Below are positions 28,341-38,511 of a stretch of DNA of 64,000 nucleotides, piece by piece. Within the stretch, counting starts at the first letter, position 1. Each line of letters starts with the position of its first letter. The notes under the pieces were generated by a model, which had not been told where the DNA came from, did no database searches, and saw only the letters and a program-made list of their open reading frames with translations. This DNA comes from Candidatus Kuenenia stuttgartensis (GTDB lineage Bacteria > Planctomycetota > Planctomycetia > Pirellulales > UBA1268): contig CAMCQY010000002.1 of assembly GCA_945877135.1 (NCBI GenBank), positions 22,796-86,795 on the forward strand, in the 5' to 3' direction. The translations under genes and the position numbers were made by a program.

Positions 28341-28476
28341 ACGGTTCACGCCGATTGATCGCCGGGCACGATGCCCGGCTCTCGCCAGCCGGGCGGAGGC
28401 CCTCCAAGAGGCGTGTTGAGGACAGGCATTCGCCTGTCTTGGCAGCACGATGCGATGTTTTTCGTGACCACAGCCG

Positions 28477-31089
28477 TCAGGCTCTCAGCATCGCTTCGAT
28501 CGAGGTGCGGGCCGCTGCCAGCGCATCGGGGAGCTTGTCGGTGAGCTTGCCACCGGCCTGCGCGAGGTCGGCACGGCCGCCCCCCTTCCCTCCCACGATC
28601 GTCGCCGCATCCTTGATCCAGTTGCCCGCTGACAAGCCACGCTCCTCGAGTTCGCGGCTGATCCCGGCGACGAGCGTCACCTTGTCGCCCTCGCTCGAGC
28701 CGAGCAGGACGGCGATAGGGCTCGCCTTGCGGCGGAGCTGATCGATGCACTGCCGCATGGCAGCGGCATCGCCACCACGGGCGTCGGCCACAACGATTCG
28801 CGTGCCGGCGACCTCGGCGGCTCCGGCCAGCAGTTCATCGACCGAAACCGCGGCGCCGCCCGTTGCCGGTTTGCTCTTTTTGAGATCCTTCAGCTCCTTG
28901 GCGATGGCCGCCAGCCGGTGCGGCAGTTCGGCGACCGGAACCTTCAGTCCGCCGGCAGCCTCCGCAAGCACACCCTCCATCTGCCGGCAACGATCCACGG
29001 CGCGGAGGCCGGTGACGGCGGTGATCCGCCGCGTGCCGGCCGACACGCTCTCCTCGGCAGTGATCCGCACCATGCCGATCTGCCCGGTGCTCGACACGTG
29101 CGTGCCTCCGCAGAGCTCGCGGCTCACGCCGTCCATCGTCACCATCCGCACGATGTCGGGGTACTTCTCACCGAACAGCATCATCGCGCCGGCGTGGCGG
29201 GCTTCCGCCAGGGGGAGGAGTTGGGCCGCCACTGGTACGGCGGCCAACGTGTGTTCGTTGACCATGGTCTCGATCTGGTCGAGCGTGTCGCGGCCAACGC
29301 TGCTTGTGTGTGTGAAGTCGAATCGCAACAGGTCGGCATCGACCTTCGATCCCTGCTGCACCGCGTGGCTGCCCAGATAGTGCTGCAGCGCCGCATGGAG
29401 GAGGTGGGTGGCGGAATGGGCACGGCGGATCGCCGCGCGGCGGCCTGCATCGACCTTCGCACGGACCGTCTGGCCGAGGTCGAGCGAGCCCTGTCGCAGG
29501 TGGCCGGCGTGGAGCATGAAGCCACCCTCACGCTGCGTGTCGCTGACCTCGAAGCTGCCCCCCTGCCATGCGAGTGTGCCGGTGTCGCCCACCTGGCCGC
29601 CCGATTCGCCGTAGAAGCTCGTGCGGTCGAGCACGACGGTGATTGGCGACGCATGGCCGACCTCGCGGAGCGAGTCGCAGAGTTGCCCCTGCGCGATGAT
29701 GCCAATCACCTTGCCGTCGGTCTCGAGCGTGTCATAGCCGACGAACTCGGAGCCGTGCATGGTCTTTTTGAGCGCGTCGAGCGGCCCAGACGTGAACACT
29801 TCCACACGGGTGCCGGCGCCCGACCGCTGGCCATGCGCATCCATCGCCTCCCGGAAACCGTTCCAGTCGAAGCTGCAGTTTCGCTCGGCGGCGAGCGTCT
29901 CGAGCAGTTCCGGTGGGAAGCCGTAGGTGGTGTAGAGTTCGGCGGCCTCGCCGCCGCCGACCATGCCGGTGCCGGAGCGGTCGATCGTCGCGAAGAGCTT
30001 TTCGATGCGGTCAAGTCCACCGTCGATCGTCGCGAGGAACGACTCCTCTTCGCGCTTGATCACGCCGGCCACCCGTTCGACCGTCTCAGCCAGTTCCGGG
30101 TAGGGCTTCCGCATCATCGCGGCCACCGTCGTCGGGAGGAGGTGAAGGAACGGTTCCTTCATGCCCATTTGCCTGCCGTCAAGCACGGCTCGACGCAGGA
30201 GACGCTTGACGACATATTTCTCCTCGTTGTTGCCCGGCAGCACGTTCTCGTGAATGGCAAATGTGCAGGCGCGGACGTGGTCGGCGATCCGCCGCATCCG
30301 GCGGCCGTCGTCATTCGCCGCGACGTAGGGACGGTGGCAGACCTCCGCCACCGCTTCGACGATCGGCCTGAGGATGTCGATGTGGAAGTTGCTGTCGACG
30401 CCCTGCAGCATCGCTGCCGTCCGCTCCAGGCCCATACCCGTGTCGATGTTGCGGCTGGGGAGCGGGTGAAGATTGTCCGGTGGTGAACCGATGCGGTTGA
30501 ACTGCGTGAAGACGAGGTTCCAGATCTCGACGTCGCTGCCATCGGGCATGCGGTAAAAAATCTCGCTGCACGGGCCGCAGACGCCGTCGGGGCCTTGGGA
30601 GGGCGAGCTGGCTGGCCAGAAGTTGTCGTCCTCGCCCATGCGCGTGATCCGGGCCGCGGGCACGCCCACCTCGTTGGCCCAGATCGCATAGGCCTCGTGG
30701 TCGTCTTGGTAGACGGTGATCGAGAGTTTTTCCGGCGCGATGTTCAGCCAGTTGCGGTCGGTGAGGAATTCCCATGCCCAGAGGATCGCCTCGCGCTTGA
30801 AATAATCACCGAAGCTGAAGTTGCCCAGCATTTCGAAGAACGTGTGGTGTCGCGGAGTCCGTCCGACATTGTCGATGTCGCCGGTTCGAAGGCACTTCTG
30901 GCAGGTTGTGGCCCGGGTGAATTCGAGCTTGCACTTGCCGAGGAAGTGGTCCTTGAACTGGTTCATGCCCGCGGGCGTGAAGAGCACGGACGGGTCCCAG
31001 CGAGGCACGAGCACGTCGCTGGGGCGGCGGACGCATCCCTTCGATTCAAAGAACGCCAGATACGCTTCGCGGAGTTCGTCGGCCTTCAT
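28477..31089 (-). CDS. alaS: Alanine-tRNA ligase
   Basis: FTPAGMNQFKD, HHTFFEMLGNFSFGDYFK, editing-domain HSATHLLH...CGGTHV and a C-terminal DHHA1-like region. Start placed at ATG 31089 (MKADELREAYL). Confidence 0.95.
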   Translation of the reverse strand: MKADELREAYLAFFESKGCVRRPSDVLVPRWDPSVLFTPAGMNQFKDHFLGKCKLEFTRATTCQKCLRTGDIDNVGRTPRHHTFFEMLGNFSFGDYFKREAILWAWEFLTDRNWLNIAPEKLSITVYQDDHEAYAIWANEVGVPAARITRMGEDDNFWPASSPSQGPDGVCGPCSEIFYRMPDGSDVEIWNLVFTQFNRIGSPPDNLHPLPSRNIDTGMGLERTAAMLQGVDSNFHIDILRPIVEAVAEVCHRPYVAANDDGRRMRRIADHVRACTFAIHENVLPGNNEEKYVVKRLLRRAVLDGRQMGMKEPFLHLLPTTVAAMMRKPYPELAETVERVAGVIKREEESFLATIDGGLDRIEKLFATIDRSGTGMVGGGEAAELYTTYGFPPELLETLAAERNCSFDWNGFREAMDAHGQRSGAGTRVEVFTSGPLDALKKTMHGSEFVGYDTLETDGKVIGIIAQGQLCDSLREVGHASPITVVLDRTSFYGESGGQVGDTGTLAWQGGSFEVSDTQREGGFMLHAGHLRQGSLDLGQTVRAKVDAGRRAAIRRAHSATHLLHAALQHYLGSHAVQQGSKVDADLLRFDFTHTSSVGRDTLDQIETMVNEHTLAAVPVAAQLLPLAEARHAGAMMLFGEKYPDIVRMVTMDGVSRELCGGTHVSSTGQIGMVRITAEESVSAGTRRITAVTGLRAVDRCRQMEGVLAEAAGGLKVPVAELPHRLAAIAKELKDLKKSKPATGGAAVSVDELLAGAAEVAGTRIVVADARGGDAAAMRQCIDQLRRKASPIAVLLGSSEGDKVTLVAGISRELEERGLSAGNWIKDAATIVGGKGGGRADLAQAGGKLTDKLPDALAAARTSIEAMLRA

Positions 31090-31360
31090 GTCGTCATCAG
31101 CTCCCGGGGAAAACGCTCGTTTCGAGCCGCTGTAAGTCTCTTCCAGACCGCATCCGTCTTCGGTGTAGCGCCGGCTTCGGGGCGGCAAAAGTCTCGTCGC
31201 GTGGGCAGGATAGCCCAAAGCTCCTCGAGCTTTCGCCGACCCCTTCGCCTCCGGCTCCTGGTTTGCCAGGGCACGGTTCCAGATATCTCTGGTCGGCTCT
31301 AGGGCGAACACTATACACGCCCCCAGTCACGGCGGGCGATGCGAACTCCATTCGCGCCGC

Positions 31361-31407
31361 AAAAAAACCGCCCGCGAGCACTGCTTGGGTCAGTTGCTCG
31401 CGGGCGG
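31361..31407 (-). terminator. Intrinsic terminator downstream of recA
   Basis: Minus strand has a 13-bp stem CCGCCCGCGAGCA / TGCTCGCGGGCGG with a 14-nt loop, followed by TTTTTTT. Confidence 0.8.
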
Positions 31408-31476
31408 TGAGGGGACTGAATTGTCAGGTGGAGCGAATCATGCCGGTCAGCCGGCTTTTCCCTTCGGCTGAGGCGG

Positions 31477-32619
31477 TCAGTCGTCGCTGCCACCACCACC
31501 AGAGGCTTCGCTCGCCACCGCGATCACGGCATCCTTGCTGGCGAGAACCTTCTCACGGAGTTCCTGCGCCACATGTGGGTTCTCCTTGAGGAAGAGCCGG
31601 GCCTTCTCCCTGCCCTGTCCCAGGTGCACGTCGCCATACCGTAGCCACGTGCCCGTCTTGTCAACGAGCTTGGCCAGAACCGCCAGATCGAGGATGTCGC
31701 CCTCCACGCTGATGCCGTCGGCATGCATCATGTCGAACTCGGCCACGCGGAAAGGCGGTGCCACCTTGTTCTTGACCACCTTCACCTTCACCCGCTGGCC
31801 CACGACGTCCTCGCCGTCTTTGAGCTGGCCGATCCGGCGCACATCGACACGGCACGACGAATAAAACTTAAGCGCCCGGCCGCCCGGTGTCGTTTCGGGG
31901 CTGCCGAACATCACGCCGATCTTCTCACGGATCTGGTTGATGAAAATCACGGTCGTTTTGCTCTTGGCGATAGCGCCCGTGAGCTTTCGCATGGCCTGAC
32001 TCATGAGCCGGGCCTGGAGGCCAACAAAGGAATCGCCGATTTCACCGTCGAGTTCCTTCTGCGGCACAAGCGCCGCCACCGAGTCGACGACGATGATGTC
32101 AACCGCGTTCGACTTGATCAGCAGTTCGGCGATCTGCATCGCCTCTTCGCCGCTCGTCGGCTGGCTCACAAGCAGGCTCTCCAGCGAGATGCCGAGCTTC
32201 TTGGCCCAACTGGGGTCGAGCGCGTGCTCGGCGTCGATGAAGGCTGCAATGCCGCCGGCCCGCTGGGCGGCCGCTACGGCATGGAGGGCAAGCGTTGTTT
32301 TGCCGCTCGACTCCGGCCCGAACACCTCAACGATGCGGCCACGCGGGAACCCCTTGCCGCCGAGGGCGAGGTCTACCGAGAGGCTGCCGCTCGAGATGCC
32401 CTCGATCGGGGCCTGGGCATCGCTGCCCAGTGGCATGATCGAGCCCGTGCCGAATTCCTTCTCGATCTGGGCGAGGGTGTTTCTCAGCAACGGGTTGTTG
32501 TCGAGGAACGACGCCACCGTTTTGCCGGCCCGACCCTTCCCTTCAGCCTTGCTCTCGCTCGTCTTTGCCGCGGACTTCGCCGCTTCGGCTTTGTCGGTTT
32601 TCTGTGATGCTTTTGCCAT
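31477..32619 (-). CDS. recA: Recombinase A
   Basis: Walker [14 protein letters not shown], plus IDAEHALD and [15 protein letters not shown] lies upstream of ATG 32619. Carries a ~35-aa Lys/Ala-rich N-terminal extension. Confidence 0.95.
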   Translation of the reverse strand: MAKASQKTDKAEAAKSAAKTSESKAEGKGRAGKTVASFLDNNPLLRNTLAQIEKEFGTGSIMPLGSDAQAPIEGISSGSLSVDLALGGKGFPRGRIVEVFGPESSGKTTLALHAVAAAQRAGGIAAFIDAEHALDPSWAKKLGISLESLLVSQPTSGEEAMQIAELLIKSNAVDIIVVDSVAALVPQKELDGEIGDSFVGLQARLMSQAMRKLTGAIAKSKTTVIFINQIREKIGVMFGSPETTPGGRALKFYSSCRVDVRRIGQLKDGEDVVGQRVKVKVVKNKVAPPFRVAEFDMMHADGISVEGDILDLAVLAKLVDKTGTWLRYGDVHLGQGREKARLFLKENPHVAQELREKVLASKDAVIAVASEASGGGGSDD

Positions 32620-32803
32620 CCGACCATTCTCTCCTACTGCCAAGACCATGACGTATGCCTCCCGCGTCTCCCGGCACGTCGTCGGGGTGGTTGCATCGCC
32701 ACCATAAATCGAGCGAGTTGCCGGCAAACCGAACACTGAACGTGGGTATAGTATCGGTTTGGGTAGCGGCAGGCAAGAGGGAATTTTGAACGCCCGTTCA
32801 GGC

Positions 32804-33706
32804 CTAAAAGCTGAGCATCTTGCGATATTCGGCCAGCCGGCGGTCGAGGTCGTGGCGGTTGAGCAGGGCCAGGCGGTCGAGGCTGAAATCCTCGACGGTG
32901 AAGCTGGCCGTCACCACGCCGTAGGCCAAGGCCTCCTTGAGGGCCTGGGCGTCGAAACGGCCGAGGGCCGCCAGATGGCCCATCATGCCGCCCGCGAAGC
33001 TGTCGCCGGCTCCCGTGGGGTCCACCACGGTGGCGGTTGGAAACGCGGGCATCACATACATCTCGTGCTCGCTGAAGAACATCGCCCCATGCTCGCCCTT
33101 CTTGATCACCACGAACTTCGGACCCATCGCCAGAACCGCCTCTCCGGCCCGGACGAGATTCTCATCGTCGGCCAGCAGTTTGGCTTCGGAGTCGTTGAGC
33201 ACGAGGCCGTCGATGCGCTTCATGAGCTGGCCCAGTTCATCCCGCTGGATGTTGATCCAGAGGTCCATGGTGTCGGCAACGGTCAGTTCCGCCCCCTTGG
33301 CCTGGTCGAGCACGCTCAACTGCACCACCGGCGAGGCGTTGCCGAGAAACAGAAAGCGGCAGTCGCGGTGGGTGTTATTGAGCTTGGGCTGAAAATCCCC
33401 GAGGACGTTGAGGTGCACCTCGAGCGTCTCCCGGTCGTTCATGTTGGGGAGGTAGCGGCCCCGCCAGCGGAATGTGCGGCCGCCGGGAATCGCCTGCAGG
33501 CCCGACGTGTCGATGCCGCGGGTCTCGAGCAGCTGGGTGTGTTGCGATGGCCAGTCTTCCCCGACGGCGCCGATCATACGCACCGGTGAGAAGAAGCTGG
33601 CGGCGTAGGAGAAGAAGACGGCCGATCCTCCCAGGACATCGTCGCGTTTGGCGGTGGGGGTTTCGATGCAATCGAGGGCGATGCTTCCAACGACGAGCAG
33701 CGGCAT
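32804..33706 (-). CDS. PfkB-family carbohydrate kinase
   Basis: C-terminal PfkB signature [14 protein letters not shown] and N-terminal GG dipeptide region VLGGSAVFF. Confidence 0.8.
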   Translation of the reverse strand: MPLLVVGSIALDCIETPTAKRDDVLGGSAVFFSYAASFFSPVRMIGAVGEDWPSQHTQLLETRGIDTSGLQAIPGGRTFRWRGRYLPNMNDRETLEVHLNVLGDFQPKLNNTHRDCRFLFLGNASPVVQLSVLDQAKGAELTVADTMDLWINIQRDELGQLMKRIDGLVLNDSEAKLLADDENLVRAGEAVLAMGPKFVVIKKGEHGAMFFSEHEMYVMPAFPTATVVDPTGAGDSFAGGMMGHLAALGRFDAQALKEALAYGVVTASFTVEDFSLDRLALLNRHDLDRRLAEYRKMLSF

Positions 33707-33791
33707 GATGCGGGAGGCTCCAGGAAAAAGGGTGTAGGACTCGGAAAGAATGTAGCTTCGATCGACGTGAGCGGCAAAAGTGTCGGGCGAT

Positions 33792-34616
33792 TCACCACCG
33801 CCAGCCGAAGCCCGCGTCGGAGAAGAAGGGGGCCGCTGCCTCGGTGACCCCCCAGCCGACCCGGAGGCCGATTTCGAAGTTCTTCGTCAGCAGGTAGTGG
33901 GTGCCGGGGCTGAAGAACGCCCGATTCACGTCGACGACGTTTCGCTTGGTGAACGTGTCGAAGTATTCGGCGTGCACCTCCCAGCGGTCCGTGAGCGGCA
34001 CGCGGAGAACGACCGACGGAGTCCAGCGGTCGAACCAGTTGACCACGCCCTCGGAATAGGCGTAGCGGATGGCGGCGTCGAGCTTGCACCCGGCGGGCAG
34101 TTCATAGCCTGCCACGTAGGTGGCCACCGGCACCGTGCCGAACGCCTCGCCATAGGTGGGTGTCGAGCCCTCCATGATGAAGCAGCTCTCCGGCAGGAGC
34201 CCGTCCTGATCGGAGACATCCGCCTTGAAGCCGTAGAGCACGCTCGACTCATAGAGCGATCGTCGCTTCAGCGGGCCTTCCCCCACCTCCACGCTGGTGA
34301 CGATATTGCCCTGCGAACCAACGCCGTAGTTGACGCCGAACCGCCATTCGAACCAGTCGTTGCCGCCGACGCGGACCAGCAGCTCCGGATAGTTGTTGGT
34401 GGGCAGGCCGACGGGATTGTCGATGAACACATACGAGCCCTCGGAGAGGACGGTGCCCGGATCGACCGTGTGGGTGGACGGCGTGAACGCGTCGCGGTCG
34501 GTGCCCAAGTCGCCGGCCTCGCGGGCCGCGGCGCGATTGAAGGCGACCGCGGCCCAGATGCCTACGGCCCAGATGCCTACGGACCACATGCACACGAGGG
34601 TGGCGACGAGCTTCAA
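33792..34616 (-). CDS. Outer-membrane beta-barrel protein (MetA-pathway/phenol-degradation-like transporter family)
   Basis: Alternating beta-strand pattern with a C-terminal aromatic end FGWRW. Signal-like N-terminus KLVATLVCMWSVGIWAVGIWAAVA. Start uncertain (TTG 34616, ATG 34589 or the ORF-track 34712). Confidence 0.55.
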   Translation of the reverse strand: MKLVATLVCMWSVGIWAVGIWAAVAFNRAAAREAGDLGTDRDAFTPSTHTVDPGTVLSEGSYVFIDNPVGLPTNNYPELLVRVGGNDWFEWRFGVNYGVGSQGNIVTSVEVGEGPLKRRSLYESSVLYGFKADVSDQDGLLPESCFIMEGSTPTYGEAFGTVPVATYVAGYELPAGCKLDAAIRYAYSEGVVNWFDRWTPSVVLRVPLTDRWEVHAEYFDTFTKRNVVDVNRAFFSPGTHYLLTKNFEIGLRVGWGVTEAAAPFFSDAGFGWRW

Positions 34617-34620
34617 GGCC

Positions 34621-34701
34621 CCTGCGGCCTGTCGGCCGCTCCTCAAACCTGCGGCCTGTCGGCCGCTCCTCAGAACTGCGGCCTGTCGGCCGCCCCTCAG
34701 A
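34621..34701. repeat. Tandem repeat, 3 x 27 bp
   Basis: Units CCTGCGGCCTGTCGGCCGCTCCTCAAA, CCTGCGGCCTGTCGGCCGCTCCTCAGA and ACTGCGGCCTGTCGGCCGCCCCTCAGA. Each contains the hairpin GCGGCC-TGTC-GGCCGC. The array starts 1 nt after the gltX stop codon. Confidence 0.9.
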
Positions 34702-34702
34702 A

Positions 34703-36262
34703 CTACCCGCACAGTGGCAGGGCTTTTTCCAGCCGGGCGAGCGACCGCTCCCGGCCCAGGATCGCCAGGCAGTCATAGAGTCCCGGGCCGACCGTCTTGC
34801 CCGTCACGGCCACGCGGACCGCATGCACGAGGTCACCCACCTTCACCCCCGCCTCTTCCACGACCCGCTTGAGCGCCGCTTCGAGCGGGGCCGGCTCGAA
34901 CGGCTCGACGCTCCTGATCGCGACGGCAAACTTCGCCACGAGGTCGCCGACTCCCGGCTTCGCGAGCCGCTGCTTCACGGCCGCCTCGTCGAGCGGCGGC
35001 TCATCGAGCAGGAAGAAGTCGGCATAGGCTAGGATGTCGCCCCCCACCTTGAGCCGGTCGCCCGAGGCTTCGATCACCCGCCGCACCGTCGCGGCCGCCG
35101 CCGGGGGGACCGGATCGGCCACGAGCTTCGCCTTGATGAGAAACGGCAGCATGAACGCCAGCCTTTCGTCCACCGAGAGCCCGTGCATGTAGTGATCCTG
35201 CACGGCCCAGAGCTTTTTGGGATCGAAGCTGGCCGGCGAAGAGTTGATCCGCTCGAGCGTGAAGTGGCCGATGAGTTCGTCGCGGGAAAAGAACTCCGTC
35301 TTGTCGTCAAACGACCAGCCGAGCAGCGCGAGATAGTTGTCGATCGCCCAGGGGAGGTAGCCCACTTCCCGGTAGAAGTCGACGATCACGGGATTGAAGG
35401 TGTCGGCATCGGCGGTGAGGCCGATTCGTTCGGCGATCCGCGTACCATGCTCGGCCACCTGCTTGAAGTCCGGGTTTTTCAGATACTGCGCGAGCTTCCG
35501 CTTGCTGAGCTTCGTGCGGCTGCCCGGCTCGGCCACCAGCGGCAGATGCGCATAGGCGGGAAGTTGGTAGCCCAGCGACAATGCGATGAAGGCCTGCCTG
35601 GGCGTATTGGAAAGGTGTTCCTCGGCGCGGATCACGTGGGTGATCTCAAGGTCGTGATCGTCCACCACGCTGGCGAGATGGTAAAGACAGGAGCCGTCGG
35701 CCCGCTGGATCACATGATCCTGCTCCCGCTCCCAGGCAAACTCCACCCGCCCGCGAACGGCATCGTCGATCACGAGCGCCGACTCCCGCGGCATCTTGAG
35801 ACGAACCACGCTCTGCCGACCCTCGGCGATAAATCGGGCTGCGTCGGCCTCCTGGAAGGCGGCGAATTGCCGGCTGTAGAGGAAGGGCTTGCCTGCCGCC
35901 TGTGCGGCCTTCCGTTCCTCGTCGAGTTCGGCGGTGGTGGCGAAGTCGCGGTAGGCGTGGCCCGAGGCGAGCAGCCTGTCAACCGCGGCGCGGTGGCGGT
36001 CGGCCCGCTGCGACTGAAAATAGGGGGCGTGCGGCCCGCCCACGCCGGGGCCCTCGTCCCAGTCGATGCCCAGCCACTTGAGGCCAGACAGAATCGGTTC
36101 GAGGGCCTCATCGACGTTGCGGGCCACGTCGGTGTCGTCAATGCGCAGGATGAACTGCCCGCCCCGCTGCCGGGCGAAGAGCCAGTTGAAGAGGGCCGTC
36201 CTCACGCCGCCGATGTGCAGGTAGCCGGTGGGACTCGGCGCGAAACGGGTGCGGACTGTCAT
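34703..36262 (-). CDS. gltX: Glutamate-tRNA ligase
   Basis: FAPSPTGYLHIGGVRTAL (HIGH-type motif) and TKLSKRK (KMSKS-type motif). Confidence 0.94.
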   Translation of the reverse strand: MTVRTRFAPSPTGYLHIGGVRTALFNWLFARQRGGQFILRIDDTDVARNVDEALEPILSGLKWLGIDWDEGPGVGGPHAPYFQSQRADRHRAAVDRLLASGHAYRDFATTAELDEERKAAQAAGKPFLYSRQFAAFQEADAARFIAEGRQSVVRLKMPRESALVIDDAVRGRVEFAWEREQDHVIQRADGSCLYHLASVVDDHDLEITHVIRAEEHLSNTPRQAFIALSLGYQLPAYAHLPLVAEPGSRTKLSKRKLAQYLKNPDFKQVAEHGTRIAERIGLTADADTFNPVIVDFYREVGYLPWAIDNYLALLGWSFDDKTEFFSRDELIGHFTLERINSSPASFDPKKLWAVQDHYMHGLSVDERLAFMLPFLIKAKLVADPVPPAAAATVRRVIEASGDRLKVGGDILAYADFFLLDEPPLDEAAVKQRLAKPGVGDLVAKFAVAIRSVEPFEPAPLEAALKRVVEEAGVKVGDLVHAVRVAVTGKTVGPGLYDCLAILGRERSLARLEKALPLCG

Positions 36263-36319
36263 GGGGAAACTCCGGTGCTGGCAGCACTATCGGGCACAGC
36301 CCCGCCGCCGTCAAAGCGG

Positions 36320-37474
36320 TCAGGCGGCCTGGCTCATGCGAGACAGCTTTCTGAGGCGTTTTCGCTCCGCTTTTGAAAGATGCCGCCCCGACTGCTCGAG
36401 ATCGTCGTCGGCTTCAGAGGCCTCAGCCGTATCGACGAACACGGTAGGCCCCTGCCGCTGGCGACGGGTGTCGTCGACTTCGTCGCGGCGGGCCTCAACG
36501 GGAGTTGCTCGGTCGTCATCAGCCTCGACCGCCGCCGCCTTACGTGCGTTCTGTGCGGTATCGGCCGCCACCGCTGGCTTGCCGGCAGACGAACGGGCCG
36601 GCAGGTTCCGAACCTCGCGGAGGACCGACCGCGCGGCTGCCAGCATCGCGATCGCCGCCAGAACCGCGCCCGCTATCCAGCAGCTGTTGCCGACGGCCGC
36701 CTGGAACGCCTGTTCCTGAACCGCCTGGCCTTGCCCGACCCACGCGCAGGCGGCCGCTGCGGCCCAGGCCGCAAAGCAGAGCGACAGCCAGATGCCCGTT
36801 GCGGCCCGCTCGTGCAATGGCAGGACGCACCAGAGCCCGACGGCCCCGTAGAGCATTCCGGCCGTCAGCACCCACCAGCCCATGCCGTCCGGACCGAGCG
36901 AGATGCCCGTTGCATCGGAGACGAATGCGGCGAACAGATCTCCCAGCGGCACCTGACCCGCGCAGGCCGTGAGTGCGAAGAGGCCCGCCAGCCAGCCCCA
37001 GGCCCGGTAGCGGCCCTGATAGTCGTCCCGTCGGTGGCGACGCATCAGCCGCACGATGAGCGCCGTTGCGGTGGCCACGATCAGGCAGATTTGTGCCAGC
37101 CAGCCGCCCAACGACAAGAGCGATTGCACGTCAAGGCAACGGCGGGCTGAGGCCAGCGTGGCAGCAAATCGCGTCGCGTTACGGCCAAAGACAGACCCTC
37201 CGGTCACCGCCTCCCAGAGGCCCACACCCACGGCCGCGGCGAGGAGGGCGAGCAGGCAGGCCGCCGTCAGGGCAAAGCCGCCGAGCCCCGCGGGCAGCAG
37301 CGTGGCCAGACTTGGCTGATGCTCCGGCAACGCCTCCGGCGAGTAGTCGGCCAGGCGGCGTGTCTCGGGCTGGGACGAAGAGGGCGTGGCCGCGGAGCGG
37401 TTCCACGAGACGACCAACCGCCGGCGTTGATCCCGGCGCTGGCTGGTAGCGAGTGACATGGGGGCAGATTCCAT
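36320..37474 (-). CDS. Multi-pass membrane protein with a charged C-terminal tail (hypothetical)
   Basis: At least 6 hydrophobic segments between aa ~60 and 290 of the trimmed ORF. The C-terminus is rich in D/E, then KAERKRLRKLSR. Start placed at ATG 37474 (MESAPMSL). The upstream part of the ORF-track entry is antisense to the SOD gene. Confidence 0.55.
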   Translation of the reverse strand: MESAPMSLATSQRRDQRRRLVVSWNRSAATPSSSQPETRRLADYSPEALPEHQPSLATLLPAGLGGFALTAACLLALLAAAVGVGLWEAVTGGSVFGRNATRFAATLASARRCLDVQSLLSLGGWLAQICLIVATATALIVRLMRRHRRDDYQGRYRAWGWLAGLFALTACAGQVPLGDLFAAFVSDATGISLGPDGMGWWVLTAGMLYGAVGLWCVLPLHERAATGIWLSLCFAAWAAAAACAWVGQGQAVQEQAFQAAVGNSCWIAGAVLAAIAMLAAARSVLREVRNLPARSSAGKPAVAADTAQNARKAAAVEADDDRATPVEARRDEVDDTRRQRQGPTVFVDTAEASEADDDLEQSGRHLSKAERKRLRKLSRMSQAA

Positions 37475-37717
37475 CCAAGGGGCCGCGGGGCCATTGGGGC
37501 TCCGCGCGGTCCGCGGCCGGCATCCTGCCGCACCTGATTCGAACCACTGAAGGGCAATTCGACCGATTGCAGCCGACGGATTCACTGCCGGTGCGAGAGG
37601 CAGATTATGAGGCACGCCCCGCAGGGTCGGCAGAGTCGGCGTCGAACCATTTGCCGGTCTCGCCGCTCTGCGGTACCATCCCGCGAACATCGTCCGTACA
37701 CCTGGAGATTGATCGCC

Positions 37718-38332
37718 ATGGCCTACACGCTCCCCCCCCTGCCCTACGCCTTTGACGCCCTCGAGCCCTCCATCGACGCCCGCACGATGGAGATCCACCA
37801 CGACAAGCACCACGCCGCCTACGTCGCCAACCTCAACAAGGCCCTCGAGGGACATGCCGATCTGGCCGAGCTGCCGATCGAAAAGCTGATCGCCAGCCTC
37901 GACAAGGTGCCCGAGGCCGTTCGGACCGTCGTCCGCAACAACGGCGGCGGCCACGCCAACCACTCGATGTTCTGGGAGACGATTGGCAAGGGCAAGGGCG
38001 GCGAGCCCGCCGGTCACCTGGGTGAGGCGGTGAGGAGCGTGTTCGGTGGATTCGACACGTTTAAAGAGACGTTCACGAAGGCCGCCATGGGCCGGTTCGG
38101 TAGCGGCTGGGCCTGGCTCTCCGCTGATCCGCAGGGCAAACTGCTCGTCGAGAGCACAGCCAATCAGGACAGCCCCATCATGCAGGGAAACACGCCGCTG
38201 CTGGGCATCGACGTCTGGGAGCACGCCTACTATCTGCTCTATCAGAATCGCCGGGCCGATTACGTCAACGCGTTTTACAACGTGATCGATTGGGATGCCG
38301 TCGGCAAGCGGTTCGCAGCGGTCAAGAAATAG
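37718..38332 (+). CDS. Fe/Mn superoxide dismutase
   Basis: [32 protein letters not shown], and [11 protein letters not shown] containing metal ligands. Confidence 0.94.
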   Translation: MAYTLPPLPYAFDALEPSIDARTMEIHHDKHHAAYVANLNKALEGHADLAELPIEKLIASLDKVPEAVRTVVRNNGGGHANHSMFWETIGKGKGGEPAGHLGEAVRSVFGGFDTFKETFTKAAMGRFGSGWAWLSADPQGKLLVESTANQDSPIMQGNTPLLGIDVWEHAYYLLYQNRRADYVNAFYNVIDWDAVGKRFAAVKK

Positions 38333-38511
38333 GGCCCAAGAAGGAGACCCTTGTCTTTCCCATCCTCCCGGGTCGTTTGCGGCCTGGGGCGATGGGGGGC
38401 ATGGGCTGTTGTAGTTTTGCTGCCGTTGACATTTCTTCGTGCAAATCCTTATTCCCCCCCCAGCCGGCGAACCGATACTTTCGGCAACGTTTCACGGCTG
38501 GAGGCATTTGC

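Noticed and set aside
28477-31311. 74-aa N-terminal extension of AlaRS in the ORF track (similar extensions appear on recA, gcvP, trpB, tpx, the SOD gene and cheB)
   Set aside because: The conserved protein N-termini begin at internal ATGs, several with Shine-Dalgarno sequences. The extensions run through intergenic or leader sequence.
31090-31360. Regulatory RNA in the 270-nt alaS leader
   Set aside because: No recognisable T-box or other conserved structure. Only the recA terminator further upstream is convincing.
37475-38224. Upstream 250 aa of the minus-strand ORF 36320..38224
   Set aside because: It is antisense to the clearly real Fe/Mn SOD gene. The membrane protein most plausibly starts at 37474 or 37459.
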